A stretch of 63,675 nucleotides of DNA, filler included, from Octopus bimaculoides (GCF_001194135.2; 12 parts of 12 records of this genome joined end to end with filler, not necessarily neighbours in it); one strand, 5' to 3'; positions 25,216-39,018 are shown, counted from the first letter of the whole stretch. Notes: generated by a model not told the origin, from the letters alone. Translations and numbers: made by a program.

Positions 25216-28200
25216 CAGAATATGAAAGAGAAGCGATTAATACGCTTCACCGAGAGAAATATAAAAAAAAATGACTAAACATATTTTCTGATTATTTTCC
25301 ACTCTGTCCAAAATAAGATGGTCATTTCTTCTGTCCGAGGCGGTAATCCGTGTCAAATTAATTGTTTGAATCCAACAGACTAGGTGTTTAGTTCAAACAA
25401 ACTCTACCTCCACCCAATGTGCTGAAAACGGCAGACATATAAAATAATTTTCTGTGTTTAATGAGTGATTCCCCTGTTATGGCTGTGTAAATTATAAGAT
25501 ACTATCACATTCATGTACATAGACCGTGACAACTCAGTGAACCAGCATCTCGCTTATCTAAGCGGAACACATGTTAGAGAAGTCTCGAATTTTTTGAGAA
25601 CCAGTTTCAAAATTTGCCCTACTTACTTCTTATTTTTAGAGTTTCCTCTAACGAACTTTAGCAAGTGTTATGAACAGCTTTTCCTCAAGAGGACGTGTGT
25701 CAATATTATACAGACGAAATATTTAAAATGTTTAAATGATTAAATGAATAAATGGAAAATTGGTATTGAGAAAATTCCAGCACAGTTGATACAGTGATTT
25801 GTGTAGTAGGGTGCGTTTTTCGATGGCGATGGTGGCCGAGATCATTAAGTCAATCTCTAACAGTGCAGTCCTCAACCTGCGTCCATATCACCCTTGGCGG
25901 TTCAAATGACATTATGGGGTCCATATAAGTTTTTGTTGTTAGAGGTTACGTGAAATAAATCGTTTATACTTCTATAATACACAAAATATTTAACATTTTT
26001 TGTATACAATTCCTAATAATATTTGATTGTAAAATTATATTAAGGTGTTTTAGATATTGAATGGCTATGAAGGTTCTGTAGAGTAAAATAAGAATCAAAA
26101 GGGGTCTATAGGAAAAGAAACTGACTGAGAACCATTTTTCTAGCACTTCGAAATTATATATTATAGGCATAGCAAAAGTGGTGTCATCACAAGGAAGCCA
26201 ACAACAAACAGATCCCCAAAGCATAATATAATATTGATACTGGATAACTGTGAATGCAGTTTAACCCTGTAAATAATTCTATTATGTTGTAGTCTATGCT
26301 TCTCCGGTGATGTCAATATTACTTCAAAGTATTTGTCTCCCATATTTAGCGAAGAAAAAAAAAACACCAAAAGACAAAAAACCCCGCTTCAACATGAAAA
26401 TAATAGATTATTATCAAATATATTCACCGATTGATAATTTTTAACTAACGATTTAATGTTCCCTGCATTAAATATGCTTTCACTAATTTGGCCATTATTG
26501 AAATTACAGTGTTGCTTTATTTTCAGGACACGAACACCAATATGTATTATAGTAAGGACTTTCGGTGTGCGGTAGCAGTGATTACACGCACGCACACACA
26601 CACATACACACACATACACACACACATATACATACACACACGCGCACACACACACGCGCGCACACACACGCACACACACATACACACACTTATATACATA
26701 CAAATATATATACATATACATTCATATATACATATATATGTATATATACATACACATACATATATGTATATATATATATACATACATATATATACATGCA
26801 TATATACACACATGCATATATATATAGGTACATATATATATATATATACATATCTACATGTACATATACAGATATACATATACATATATATATATACATA
26901 TATATATATANNNNNNNNNNNNNNNNNNNNNNNNNNNNNNNNNNNNNNNNNNNNNNNNNNNNNNNNNNNNNNNNNNNNNNNNNNNNNNNNNNNNNNNNNN
27001 NNNNNNNNNNNNNNNNNNNNNNNNNNNNNNNNATTAGGGTGGAGCGAAAAAGGTACTTTTTACACAGATTTTCGAAATATGTTGTTAAGATTAAATTTTG
27101 TATTGCGAAATCCTTTAAAAATAACTGTTTTAAAATCTGAAGATCTTAAATTTAAATCTTCAGACTCCGCAGCCTATTTAAAATTTTGAATAATGAGCGA
27201 AAAATCAATTTATAACACGTTTACTTTTCCGCACTTTATTTTTACATGCATTATTACGAATTAATTGTCGCTTGCAAAAATTATCAAAAGGAAGAGTGTT
27301 GTTGAAATCTCAAGCTCTAAAATGTATATCTTTAGGCTCCGCAACACAATTAAAATTTGAAAATTATGTGAAATAAATAGACTTTTCAACTTTTGTTTTC
27401 TTGGTTATTTTTAATACTAGGTCAGCGAATATATGTGTTACTTGAGGTCCTGATTACACACACATTAAAATAAAATTACGTGTAAACCAATTTTTGATTC
27501 TTGGCACATTTTGGTGATAAAACTAATTAACAATACTACAATGTCCATAATTTATCTAGCCATAGCTATTTGCCCAGGCGTCACAATCGATTTTATCAAG
27601 GTGTATATAAGCCTTTTAGTGTTCAAACCCTTTACATTGTGCTCTTGTCTAGATGTGTCATTTTGGCTATTTTCTCGTTACATTACTCGCCCTGGTCGTT
27701 CACTATTCATGCACAAGCGTATTGCATTGTTTGATGAAATGATGGGTTGGGTTTCATTTAATATTGCATGAAGTTGCATAATCATCGTTTTATATTTGTT
27801 CCAATATGTTGAAAACTTTATCTACCCTACAAGTTATTGAAATAATTATAACCCGAACAACGTGATACACATTTCTTCATTTCTATATAGGAATGTATAC
27901 GTATTTGTTTCTTTGCAAATGGAGTTCATGAATTGTACGGTAGATATATTATAATCAAATTAACTCGGCTTGAGTGAAGAAAAGTGGGAGTCTGTACCAC
28001 TGTAATATGAAATAAGCGATTTGCCATCGGAGATATAAAGAATCCAGCCACGATTTAAAACCACGGTCGAATCCACCGCTTTCTTGAAAACTACCCCACC
28101 TCCCAACATACACACATGCACATACCAATACACATAAATGCCTTATTCTTAGCTATATAGCAAACATGGCTGTTTGTTTAAGAATGTTCTATATTATCAT

Positions 28201-28459
28201 ATGATTCCAACTTCCAGCTACCTCATACTATATTGATTTTAGTGATCTATTTCTTGCGAATAGCATCGATGGGCAACTTTCATTCAGTTGCATTATCTTC
28301 CATACATCCTCAGATACCTTATTCTACTAGAATTTAATATGATGACACTTGACACTAAATTCATTTTATTCGTATAGTTGACAAACGGTCTTGTCGAAAC
28401 GTAGTAAAAACTATTGAGTTAAATTGTTTGCAATATTTCAGTAACTTAATTGCTTTATA

Positions 28460-28940
28460 CGTTAAGTTATAACAAAAGTAGCCTAACATTCAAAGTAGAG
28501 GCCATCGTATTGCCCTGTCTGAGGCCACCTTTCTGCCACTTCTTTGATCCCCTGCTGATACCAGTTCTTGTCCTTTGATGTCTTTCAAGGTAAAGAGCTC
28601 CTTCTCTAAAGCTTTCACCTCATCTTGGTGTCACGAGTGCAGAAAGTGAGCCATCGATTGGAACAAGTAATAATCCGAGGGAGTTAGGTCCGGACTATGT
28701 GATGGGCAGGACACCTGTCCGATTCCAACCAATTCCTGCAGTTTATTCCGGGTCTTTCGAGAGGTATGAGGTCTTACACTGTCTTGCTGCAGAAAAACTC
28801 GCTTTCTGTTAACCAGCACAGGGTATTTGTGCCGCACAGTGACACACATCCACTTCAGCTGTTATAAGTAAAGGTTGGCATCGATGTTTCGACAGTCCAA
28901 AACGAACTCGTAGTGAATTATTCTCTCATAATTCCACTAG
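28460..28940 (-). mobile_element. Mariner transposase relic (C-terminal half)
   Basis: LVNRKRVFLQQDSVRPH...SHSPDLTPSDYYLF...ERWPQTGQYDGLYFEC*, containing the YSPDLAPSD-like motif. Confidence 0.9.
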
Positions 28941-28984
28941 ACACAGAGAATCACCTTGTGTTCGAAATATCCATGTTTGGCTAC

Positions 28985-29260
28985 AGGTTACGGAAGCTGG
29001 TCCTTGCTTAACCACTGCTCATGCACGTTACGATTGTGGAAAAATATCTGCCTCGGATTATTACTTGTTCCAATCACTGGATCACTTCCTACGTTCGCGA
29101 CCCTCTTTCAGCCATGTGAAGATGGAAGCTTCAGTGAAGGAATTCTTCACCTCAAAGTGAATTCTTCATCTCAGCGTGGGTTCAATGAACTGGCAAAATG
29201 GTGGCTTCGGACCGTGCAACATGCAGGCCTCTACTTTGAATGCTAGGCCGCTATTATTGT
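28985..29260 (+). mobile_element. Second mariner relic of the same subfamily, opposite orientation
   Basis: SASDYYLFQSLDHFL...KEFF...QRGFNELAKWWLRTVQHAGLYFEC*. Confidence 0.85.
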
Positions 29261-29289
29261 AACTTGAATAAAGCAAATAAATTAACAAC

Positions 29290-29510
29290 ATATTGATTTC
29301 AAATTTTAGCACATCGCCGGAAATTCGGGGATGGGGAGAAGTTGATTACATCAACCCCAGAATTCAACTGGTACTTATTTTATCGACCCCAAAAGGATGA
29401 AAGCAAAGTAAACCTCGGTGGAATCTAAATTCAGATCGTAATTACGGACGAAATCCCGCTAGGCATTTTATTCGACATGCTAGCGATTCTGCCAGCTCAC
29501 CCACCGCCTA
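29290..29510 (-). mobile_element. SINE family A copy
   Basis: Reverse complement of the family A body (CTGGCAGAATCGCTAGC...GGGGTCGATAAAATAAGTACCAGTTG). Confidence 0.8.
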
Positions 29511-30340
29511 ATGTTATCAAAATATTGCAAAACTTTTGACTCAAAACAATATTTAACGAACAAAATTTTGTTAACACATGTGTTACTGTATATTCATATT
29601 TACAGATATTTGTTTATGTATTTATTTCACTCACTTCATTCTTTAAGAATTTGATCAAATATGTGTCTACATTTGATTAATTCCTTACTCTACCTTTTTC
29701 GTTTTTTTGTTTTTGTTTTTTGTTTTTTCAGCCTTTGGACTGAGGTATATTAACAAACTATGTACTGAAAATACATATGGCTGTGCTTGAATGCTTTTGA
29801 TCAGAAATATACTTTACCATGGCATGGAATTAAAGAACAGACAAAGCAGTAGCGCACTCATTAAATATATATTGCGTCAGGCTTGCGTGTTTGTCCGGGG
29901 ATAAAAAATCAGAATATAATTATGGTTTATGAATAGAAATACTTTTTAGAATATAGTTTCTACGAAGACACTTGGCCAAAGTTTGACGCGTAAGCACCGA
30001 TATAAAAATAACCCAACTATATAAATTGCATCTCTATAGTAAATTAGAATTGATAATATCAACATTCAACGAAATGTCAGAAAATTGTGGCATAAATTGT
30101 ACCAACTCAAGTAATATTGCAAGAATTATATAAAATAAATTAAATATCTGGGAAAGCTGAAGAAGAAGACTATTGAAAATGCTGACTATTACACAAGTTT
30201 GCATTTAAAAAAATACTATTTATTGATCGCTCAATAAAATTTTATTGGATTAACCCTATTGTTTGTTATGTATGGTCCAAAGTTTGGACTTTCAGTAACT
30301 TGTAATAACTTAAAAAGAAGCATTAATCCGTGTTCAGTAT

Positions 30341-30394
<54 letters not shown>

Positions 30395-31097
30395 GGAGTG
30401 TAGTCAATTCATACACTAGAGTACAATATTTAAAGATGTGGCTGTTGGTTTGTGTGTATGTGTGTGCAAATTCACGCATGAATGCATACAAACGAGGGAG
30501 TGTTCTAAAGGTTTTCAGCATTGGTCCGGCAGCAAGAAAAGAATACTTAAAAGAAAAGGGGACGGAATAGGTTACACTTTGTGTGTTACATATCATCACT
30601 CAGATAACGCTTGGTATATAGCAGCAGCAAATATAAGCACATCAAAATTTTGAAATGTAAATAGAACAACCTACGAGTGACTTAGTAGTAAACCTCTCAA
30701 GAAGTAAACACTCTCCAATTACCTTCCCATGTTAACCTGAAATTACTTGACTCGCTCACTCGAATAAAACCTAGCAAAAGTATCACTCTTAATGACAAAA
30801 ATAATCATGCATGAGTATGTTACTTGTGAAGATGACGATAACACTAAAAGTAACGTGAAGTATAACATCTCTTGAGCTCACCACATCACATTCTGAAAGT
30901 TATTATTCTGGAGTTCAAGAGATGTAGATATTTATTAAAACATCTAACATCGAATAAAGTGGAAGTAAAGCCTATAAACGTCCAATGTATAGATTATGTC
31001 ACACTTCTGAGAAATATACTACACATGTGACCAAGAAGCCTGCCGAACGTGTCATGATGTCACTACCTTCCAATGCGATTATTATTAAAACTATATA

Positions 31098-31327
31098 TAA
31101 GGCGGCGAATGCGGCGAGCTGGCAGAAATGTTAGCCCGCCGGGCGAAATGCTTAGCGGTATTTCGTCTGTTGCTACGTTTTGAGTTCAAATTCTGCTGAG
31201 GTCGACTTTGCCTACCATCCTTACGGGGATCGATAAAATAAGTACCATATGCGTACTGGGGTCGATCTAATCGATTGGCCCCCTGCCCCAAAATTTCGGG
31301 CCTTGTGCCTAGAGTGGGAAGATTATT
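31098..31327 (+). mobile_element. SINE family A, well-preserved full copy
   Basis: GGCGAGCTGGCAGAAATGTTAG...GAGTTCAAATTC...GGGCCTTGTGCCTAGAGTGGGAAGATTATT. More copies at about 32155-32600 (tandem pair, +), 14575-14750(-), 47240-47420(+) and 54530-54680(-). Confidence 0.85.
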
Positions 31328-32937
31328 AAAACAATATATAAAGCCACTGCCAGCAAATATTGTTTTAGAATAACTATAGGGAATACATCCATACGTATCA
31401 GCGCGAAGAGTACAGAAAGAGGAATCTCACCTAAACCCACTTCAAGTGCAAACGTAACAGGCATGGCATAATTCTTTGGGACACAAAACAAAACAAAAAT
31501 GCATAGTTATAGTGACTAGTTGCCCTACTGATGGGAGCATTTCTTCCAAAATCTGAGAAAAACACTTTACAGACAATTCATTCGAAACGAAAGTCTCTAT
31601 TCAGATTATAAATTCACATCTAATTCCATAATAATTGGTGCACTTGGGTATCCCATAAAAAAATAATTGGTGCACTTGGCAATCTTATAAAAAGAAAAAA
31701 GAGTTCTCTAACAAAGAAAATAATTAACTAATGTGCACTTTACAATGTTAATCTCTAAGTTTAACAGTAGAATTATGCAAAGTATTTTTCGAGTTCAATC
31801 AACATCTAACAGCGATGAAATATTTTTACTCGTATTTCGTTATGTCCTTTCCATTAATTGTTGTACACGTCCTTCATTATTATGATTTTCATTTCCACCG
31901 AACGCATTCATAAGTTTCATCTGATTTGTTTCCTTTGCTCGATCTATTTCGCTTCTTTTCTTTTCTCTCGCTCGGTCTCACTCTTCTCTCTCGCTTTCTC
32001 TCACTACAGCTTGCTACTCTCTACCAGTCTGTAATCCCCTTTCCTTTCCATTCTGCCTACTCTTCCTCAGATCCTCCTCTTCTTTCTATCAGCCTTTTTT
32101 ATCTTGCGTGCGTTGCACTCACAATACTTGTTCAATATTTCTCTTATGTTCAAATCGGCGAGCTGGCAAACTCGTTAAGCACCCTGGGCAAAACTCTGAG
32201 CACCATTTCGTCGGTCTCTACATTCGGAATTCAAATTCCATCGAGGTCCACTTTACCTTTCATCCTTCCGCGATCGACTAACTATGCACCAGTTGAGTAT
32301 TTGGGTCGATGTAATCGAATCATCCGCTCCCCTGAAATTGCTGGCCTTGTGCCAGAATTTAAAACCAATACATCTCTATGTTCAAGTCTGCGGACTGGCA
32401 GATTCGTTAGCACGCCGGACAAAATTCTTGGCGGTATTTCGCCCATCTTTACGCTCTCAATTCAAGTTCCACCGAGGTCGACTTTGCCTTTCAACCTTTC
32501 GGGATCGATTAAATAAGTACCACTTGAGCAATAGCGTCGATATAATCGACTTATCCTATCCTCCAAAACTGCTGGTCATGAGCAAAAATTTGAAACTAAT
32601 ATTTTTCAATGTTCAAGTTGCTCTCAGCTGAGAGTCTTTTCTCAATTTCCCTCGGTGCTAAAATTTTCTCAGTCTGTCTTTGGCTAAAATCGAAAATCAT
32701 TTTCTGTCATAAAACTTTGTATCAGTTTGTTCATCTGATAAAGTGTGCGTCTTCTTTTCTTTTCTTTTTTTTTATAGTCGTAAAATTTAACAATTTGTCA
32801 CAGTATTGTTTTGTTTCAATCCAGATGAGAAGATATCAAACTTTTCCGAACCTTGACAGATGCTAAACTTGTTTTATCTATGTTTGTTTTTCGTCCTTTC
32901 TGTTAATCAGTGCATACTTCTCCCTTATTTCCACCGC

Positions 32938-32985
<48 letters not shown>

Positions 32986-33879
32986 AAAGGCGTAGTATGG
33001 CGAAATGTTCAGGCAGTTTGCTTTGCGACTACAATATCAAAGTTTGATCCTTCCTATTTCGTGGTACCTGGAAAATGGGTCGACTCACACCTTATAACTG
33101 AAGCAGGGTTGAAGGAAATTGTATAGAAGCCCGTCGGGTGGATTGTATCTGTAATTCACAAGGTACAGCCATTTCACATATTGTGTCATGCTGATATTGC
33201 CTGAAAATTACGTTAAGGGTCCACATGTCAGCGGGACACCCAGCCACTGATACTTTAATTCAGGAACAAGTGATTCCGTTGATTGAACAAAAGAATGCTC
33301 GTCGTTCAACAACGAAGATCCGTCAGTGCCACCTTTTTATTCATTACTAATATAATTAAATATTTCAAGAATTGTTCAATGATCCATCTGTTTTATATTT
33401 TAGCTTTTATCTTTTTACTTGTTTCAGTCATTAGACTGAGGCCATGCTGGGGCACCGCCCCGAAGAAGTTTTAGTCGAGTAAATCGACCCCAGTACTTAT
33501 TTCGCTTTTGAAACCAGGTACTTATTCTATCGATCTCTTATGCCGAACTGCTTGGTTAAGGCCACGTAAAGAAACAAACACCAATTGTCAAGTGGGTAGG
33601 GGGCAGACATAAAAATAAATACAAAACATAAACACAAGAACAAAAAAACACAAGAACTCTCATCCGAGAAGTGTTTCGGCTCTTATACCTGATACTTTAC
33701 GGGAACTGGGCCCACCCAAGTCATGGCTACTAGGTGACCACCTACTGCTTCCCAAAATCTTGTCTCCTGCAGGATTCGAACCTAGATCATTCTTTCAGTC
33801 CACCAGGCCACTCTGACTTACAAAGGAATCAGTTTTCTTCTTCCTTCTATTCCTGTAAATAGCCAATGTAATCTTTAAC

Positions 33880-34037
33880 TAGGTCCATTGGTCATTTCTC
33901 TTCGTCCATATCTACATTGAGCTGTTTTCAACAACAAGCATTTAATCGTAGCAGTTATTCTGCGGCCTTTGATACCCAACTACCCGAACGTCCGACACAT
34001 TGATGCAGCCACGAAGCCTCACAATCCAACTTCAACT
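33880..34037 (-). mobile_element. HERO/NeSL-like (RLE-type) non-LTR retrotransposon 3' relic
   Basis: YHCTVKPVEVGL*GFVAASMCRTFG*LGIKGRRI resembles the C-terminal PVEVGCRGF...LGI.G motif of HERO-type elements. Confidence 0.55.
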
Positions 34038-34561
34038 GGCTTCACAGTACAGTGGTANNNNNNNNNNNNNNNNNNNNNNNNNNNNNNNNNNNNNNNNNNN
34101 NTTAATTAATTAANNNNNNNNNNNNNNNNNNNNNNNNNNNNNNNNNNNNNNNNNNNNGGGGGGGGGGAGAAAGGAAAGAGAAAGAGATAGAGTAGCGTCG
34201 GAGGATAAGTTTACGAACTACTTACAATTTTTGTGAGACGCTGCGTTCAATCATGTAAAAACAAAAGTAAATGAGTATATGCATATATACGTACAGGTAT
34301 GTGCATACCGACATCCACCTGTATGTATAGGTGCATATCTGGGTACAGGACATTATATTAACCTGCTTGCCTAGTCAGTGGAGTTGCGTCATTCGTAAGC
34401 TAAAACGATACTAAAGCGATGTATACAACCAGCAGCGTATAACAACATCTGATGGTTCGGTCGATCACGTGATACTTCCTTCCCAAGATTGCCTTTATGA
34501 ATTGCTTTATCTATTTTGGCAGTTTTAAGACAGACAATTTTAAAACATTGTTTAATTTCAG

Positions 34562-34667
34562 TTACACCTGCCAAGCGCACCACTCCATGTTTGATGGATC
34601 GTTTTATTGGACAGACGGTAATGCAGAAAAACAGTACACCTGGGCTGGAGGCGATGACGATTATAAG
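34562..34667 (+). CDS. Caspr-type fibrinogen-like repeat gene, exon (module 1)
   Basis: TTTCAG|...|GTAATT, 106 nt (1+105): YTCQAHHSMFDGSFYWTDGNAEKQYTWAGGDDDYK, matching the Y.C...W......W.GG part of the Caspr/NrxIV fibrinogen-like domain. Confidence 0.85.
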
Positions 34668-34775
34668 GTAATTTCTTATAATTTTATAAAAAGACTACCA
34701 TAAGTGCAGGTGTGGCTGTATGGTAAGAAGTTTGATTCCCAACCACATGGTAGATAGAAACTGAAATAAGCCCGT

Positions 34776-34846
<71 letters not shown>

Positions 34847-35764
34847 CATTATTCAGTTTATTTCAAAATTTCTTGCCAACAGAAAAAGAGCCGGTTTCTA
34901 ACTTAGATCCAAGGTCCCTTCTTTGGAATTTCAACATGAACAGAGTATTTGTGCATATATGTATATATGGACAGTATTTGGAGTGTGTGCATTTGCAGGT
35001 TTGTACGTTTTGTTTTATATGTGTATTCTCATGCATATAGTTGCATGTCTAGACATGCGAATATAAACTTAAATGATAAACTTCTGGAAAGTTTAAAACA
35101 TTTTACAGTCCCAGTGATGGCTTGGACCTGCAGTCTTCGAATCAGCTTTCTCCTTTCTGATTTTAGGCAGTGTGTTACATCTCCCACTGCCCCAATTATC
35201 ATGGGTATAAACCTGAATATTGCAATTTGGGTAGAGTAACTGCTAATTTCTCAGTAGTTCAGCGTAAGGGTTTCTTTTTCACTGCTCTTTATCCTTATTT
35301 TAACATTCTCTGGGCCGCTAATTTCCATGTGTATGTACGTACGTATGTATGCATGCATGTATATATGTATGTACGTATGTACGTATGTATGTATGCATGT
35401 ATGCGTGCATGTATATATGCATACATACATACATATATGTACGTCCCCGACTACCGCTTGAGAACCCGGTGTTGGCGCGCTTATGACCTCGTAAATCAGC
35501 GGCTCGTTAATAGAAACCGGTAGAGTAAGTACCAACCTTTTAAAAAAACTAAGAGCTGGGGTTCGTTCGACTAAAATTCTTCAAGGCACTGCCCCAGCAT
35601 GGCCGCAGTCTAATGACTGAAACAAGTAATGAGTAAATGATAAAAGATACTCTTGTCTTCAAAAATACCGATTGTTTTATTAATGATAGGATATAACGCA
35701 TCACAAGAATGGGCGAAACTACTAATAAACGCCAGCAGTCGAATACACAGAACTGAAGCACTTG

Positions 35765-35840
35765 AATTGTGTCAAGGAAAACGAAACCTTTTTGAAAAAG
35801 ATCATAATAGGTGACGAACTGTGGGTTTATGGCTCTGATA
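35765..35840 (+). mobile_element. Small mariner transposase fragment
   Basis: ENETFLKKIIIGDELWVYGSD resembles FL.RIVTGDE.WV. Confidence 0.7.
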
Positions 35841-35996
35841 GATAGATAGATAGATCACATGACAACCACGCCAACAGAGCTGGTATCTGCCTGCAGATAG
35901 TGAGAAACTTCATCCATCTAAAATGTACAGTAGTAAAATCTCACTAAGACAATTGTTAAAGTTATTAACTCTGCCGTTATTTGTTCTTCTTTTTAG

Positions 35997-36195
35997 TGCT
36001 CCTGTGGTGTGATTGGCATGTGTTACGACGTATCAAAAGGTTGTAACTGTGAAAATAACGATTTGCAAGAAACTGACTATGGCAAGATTATTAATAAAAC
36101 CCTCTTACCAATTACAAGTTTTACCAGGATGTCTAATCCCAGCAGCTATGCTCAGATCAGTTTCGGAAACATCAAATGTTCTTCCAGACAGTTTG
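35997..36195 (+). CDS. Caspr-type repeat gene, exon (end of module 1)
   Basis: TTTTAG|...|GTAAGT, 199 nt, phase 0 to 1: CSCGVIGMCYDVSKGCNCENNDLQETDYGKIINKTLLPITSFTRMSNPSSYAQISFGNIKCSSRQF, carrying the C.CG...C...CNC...D.G.....LP...G...C signature. Confidence 0.9.
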
Positions 36196-36239
36196 GTAAG
36201 TAATAAATTCCACATGTTTAAATAGCTGTTGAACCTTAT

Positions 36240-36985
36240 TGAGCAGAAGTAAACTTCTAGTTTTTGTTCTCATTCTGCTGGGTTGTGTCCCCCAATCCAG
36301 TATGCTGCTCATATCTGCACTCGGTCTGCTCAGGAGGTTGTTGTGTCCTAGCATATGTGCTGCTTCTTTTAGTTTTCGTATTTTCCAGTGGTGTTCTCTG
36401 TCTATTATTTTAACTTCATCTCAAAGGGGGAGGTGGTCTCCATTTTTCCATACATGATTTATCAATATCTCCTCGTGTCACAGCTTTGGGATGTTCGTCT
36501 ACCCTTATTTTGAGGGGGCGACATGTTTCGCCTTTGTATAACCTACCACAGCTGCATGGGATGGAGTACACGCAGTTTTTGTTCATATTCTCTTCTATTG
36601 GTGGTTTTACTCGAAGGATATATTTGCGAAGTGTTGTATTACTCTTGAATACTGTCCTGATGTCATATGGGCCGCATATCTTTTGTATCTTTTCGGAGAG
36701 GCCTTTCACATAGGGTAGACAGACTGTGGACAGATTATTGGCCTCATCTTCTCTCTTCTTCATAATTGGAGTGGATAGCATACTTTTGGGGTAGTTGTTG
36801 CTCAACAGATCGTTATTGAGCTTGATCATTTCTTCGTGGGATGTATCACGATCGCTACTTATATTTTTTGCACGATGTTTTAGGCACTGAGCAATCCCTC
36901 TCTTTACATCGTATGGCTGGTGGGAATTGAAGTTGAGGTATCGTCCAGTAATGGTCGACTTGCGGTATACGGATGTCCAAGCAAT
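36240..36985 (-). mobile_element. 5'-truncated Penelope/Poseidon-type element (RT thumb + GIY-YIG) in an intron
   Basis: YRKSTITGRYLNFNSH...LPYVKGLSEKI...VYSIPCSCGRLYKGETCRPLKIRVDEH, then HHWKIRKLKEAAHMLGHNNLLSRPS. Confidence 0.9.
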
Positions 36986-37164
36986 GACCTGAATAATAAT
37001 AATAATAATAATAACAACAACATCGAAAAATACCTTTGGAATGAGAACCCAGGTTCGAAATTTCCCCCAAGACACCTGATGAAGGCTGGAGGGTATATCA
37101 GCCGAAACGTTGTGTTAACAACAAACAAGATGAGGACAAACATCCGTCAAATGTAAATAATGTA
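36981..37164 (+). mobile_element. Inverted terminal-repeat segment ((AAT)n + HHR + tail) fused to the truncated PLE ORF
   Basis: Same sequence as 17290-17463, joined directly to the 5'-truncated end of the minus-strand ORF. Confidence 0.85.
37071..37116 (+). ncRNA. Minimal type I hammerhead ribozyme (intact core)
   Basis: GACAC CTGATGA A GGCTG GAGGGTATAT CAGCC GAAAC GTT GTGTT, with a perfect GGCTG/CAGCC stem II. Confidence 0.8.
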
Positions 37165-37311
37165 CTGTTTATAATAGTTTCTTTCTGAGAAACATCTGAC
37201 AGGGACTTATGAGGTAAAAATATAAGGCTTTGCTCAGAACGCCGATGGATCGCGTGACTGTTTTATCCTGATAACTTATTTTCTTACATGAATTGTTCCC
37301 CTTTCTTCCAG

Positions 37312-37477
37312 ATATCCCAAAGGATTGTCACGAAATGAAGTTTAAACAATACCAGTCACTTAACGTCACTGCGTACATTGACATTGACGGGGAGCTGGAT
37401 CGATTTCCTCCTATTTTGGTGTATTGTGACATGTCATCAGAAAAGCACGTTGGTATTACAACTGTGTCCAACGACTG
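37312..37477 (+). CDS. Caspr-type repeat gene, exon (start of module 2)
   Basis: TTCCAG|...|GTAATT, 166 nt, phase 1 to 2: (D)IPKDCHEMKFKQYQSLNVTAYIDIDGELDRFPPILVYCDMSSEKHVGITTVSND(W), with the C.E...ID.DG....P..VYC.M motif. Confidence 0.9.
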
Positions 37478-37533
37478 GTAATTCTTATTGTTTATTTTCT
37501 TCCACTTTCTACTATTAATGATGCAATATGCTG

Positions 37534-37564
<31 letters not shown>

Positions 37565-39018
37565 TAATGTTGTTGTTGTTGTTGCTGCTGTTTTTGTTGC
37601 TGTTGTTGTTGTTGTTTAACCTCAATTCAGCTATAATCAGAATCGGTACCACGCAGGACAAAATGCTTGGCAGCATCAGATTTCAACTTCTGATTTCAAA
37701 CGCCGCTGGCGTCAAACCTTCGCATGAAACTGTTGTCCTTGTACCAAACTCTGAAACCAGTAATTAAACGTGCAGCAATAATGTCCTTTCTGCCTTTTCT
37801 AGTGCTTCCCCTTTTTTTATATTCCTCAATCCCAATGCAACCTTGATTCTGTAGATTTATCTTTTACTTGTCTCAGTCATTGGACTGCAGCCATACTGAG
37901 GTACAGCCTTTAAACGTTTTTAGCTGAACAGATAGACCCCAATACTTAAGTTGTTGTTTTTTAAAGTCAGATATTTATTCTATCATTCTCTTTCCCGAGT
38001 CGCTAAGTTATGCAAATATAAACAAACCAATTCCGGTTGGTAAGCCGTGATAAATACTGACACAAAAACACAAACACATAGGCATATACATGTGTGCGTT
38101 TGTGTATAACGAGCTTCCATACAGCTGTCGCCTTCCACATTTTCTGACATGACGTTAGTCGGTCTAGGGCTATAGTGGAAGCTAGTTACCTAAGGTGCCG
38201 CACAAAACAAAACTGAACAGAGACCAGGTGGTCTTTGAACGAACTTCTTAACCACACAGCCAGTGATCAAAACTGCTCCACCAATGACTGTCTTGTATTT
38301 TCTAAAGCTACTGGAAAACGCCTCGTCCAGTTTGAGTCACAGAGTTATAAAACAGAGCGGACGGAATTCGTGGAGGAAAGAACCCTGTCATGGAAGACAA
38401 GCAAATCGGAAAAGACAACAAAACATGGTTGTTTTTTAAGCTTGTCGGAGTTATGTCCCTTGTGTTGATTTCTGGCCATTTCAAAGATGCGTCTACCTTT
38501 AATATAATTATCTAGCAAAACCGGTGTGACAACATGTGTGATAATGCTATACTTTTGTGAATTACATGCACAATCTACCCGACAAACAGCCATGCAGTTT
38601 CTACTTGCCGAATTTCACTTACAAAACATGGGTCAACTCAAGGCTGTAGAAAGTTAAGTTTTTTCCCAAGATGCCAGATAGGGAGATCGGATTTGGACCC
38701 TTGGCTTGGAAACTAACTTCTTAACTATTCATCCATTCTGTGCCTTTGTAGCAATTACATTTATTGTAATTAACACATTTCTTAATTAACTAATTTTTCT
38801 ACACGATTTTGGTTCCCGGTTAATACTCCTTTCAATCTATTTTTCACTCATGATTGTCAGACATAGATGTTAGACGGCCTATTTCTTCTTCTAAATTATA
38901 CAGGAGTGGATTTCCTTTACCCCTAACTGCAGCAGGATTGGTCTCCTGCTAATCAATAAATATTTATCCTTTAATCCTCTTTACAAATCTGACACGTTTT
39001 TGTTTTATTTCTTTATAG

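Noticed and set aside
28375-28410. GACAA/TTGTC hairpin followed by GAAACGTA, resembling a hammerhead
   Set aside because: There is no CUGANGA upstream of the stem.
31926-32631. 196-aa and 115-aa ORFs
   Set aside because: They run through a CT-rich tract and two tandem SINE A copies, so they are chance open frames.
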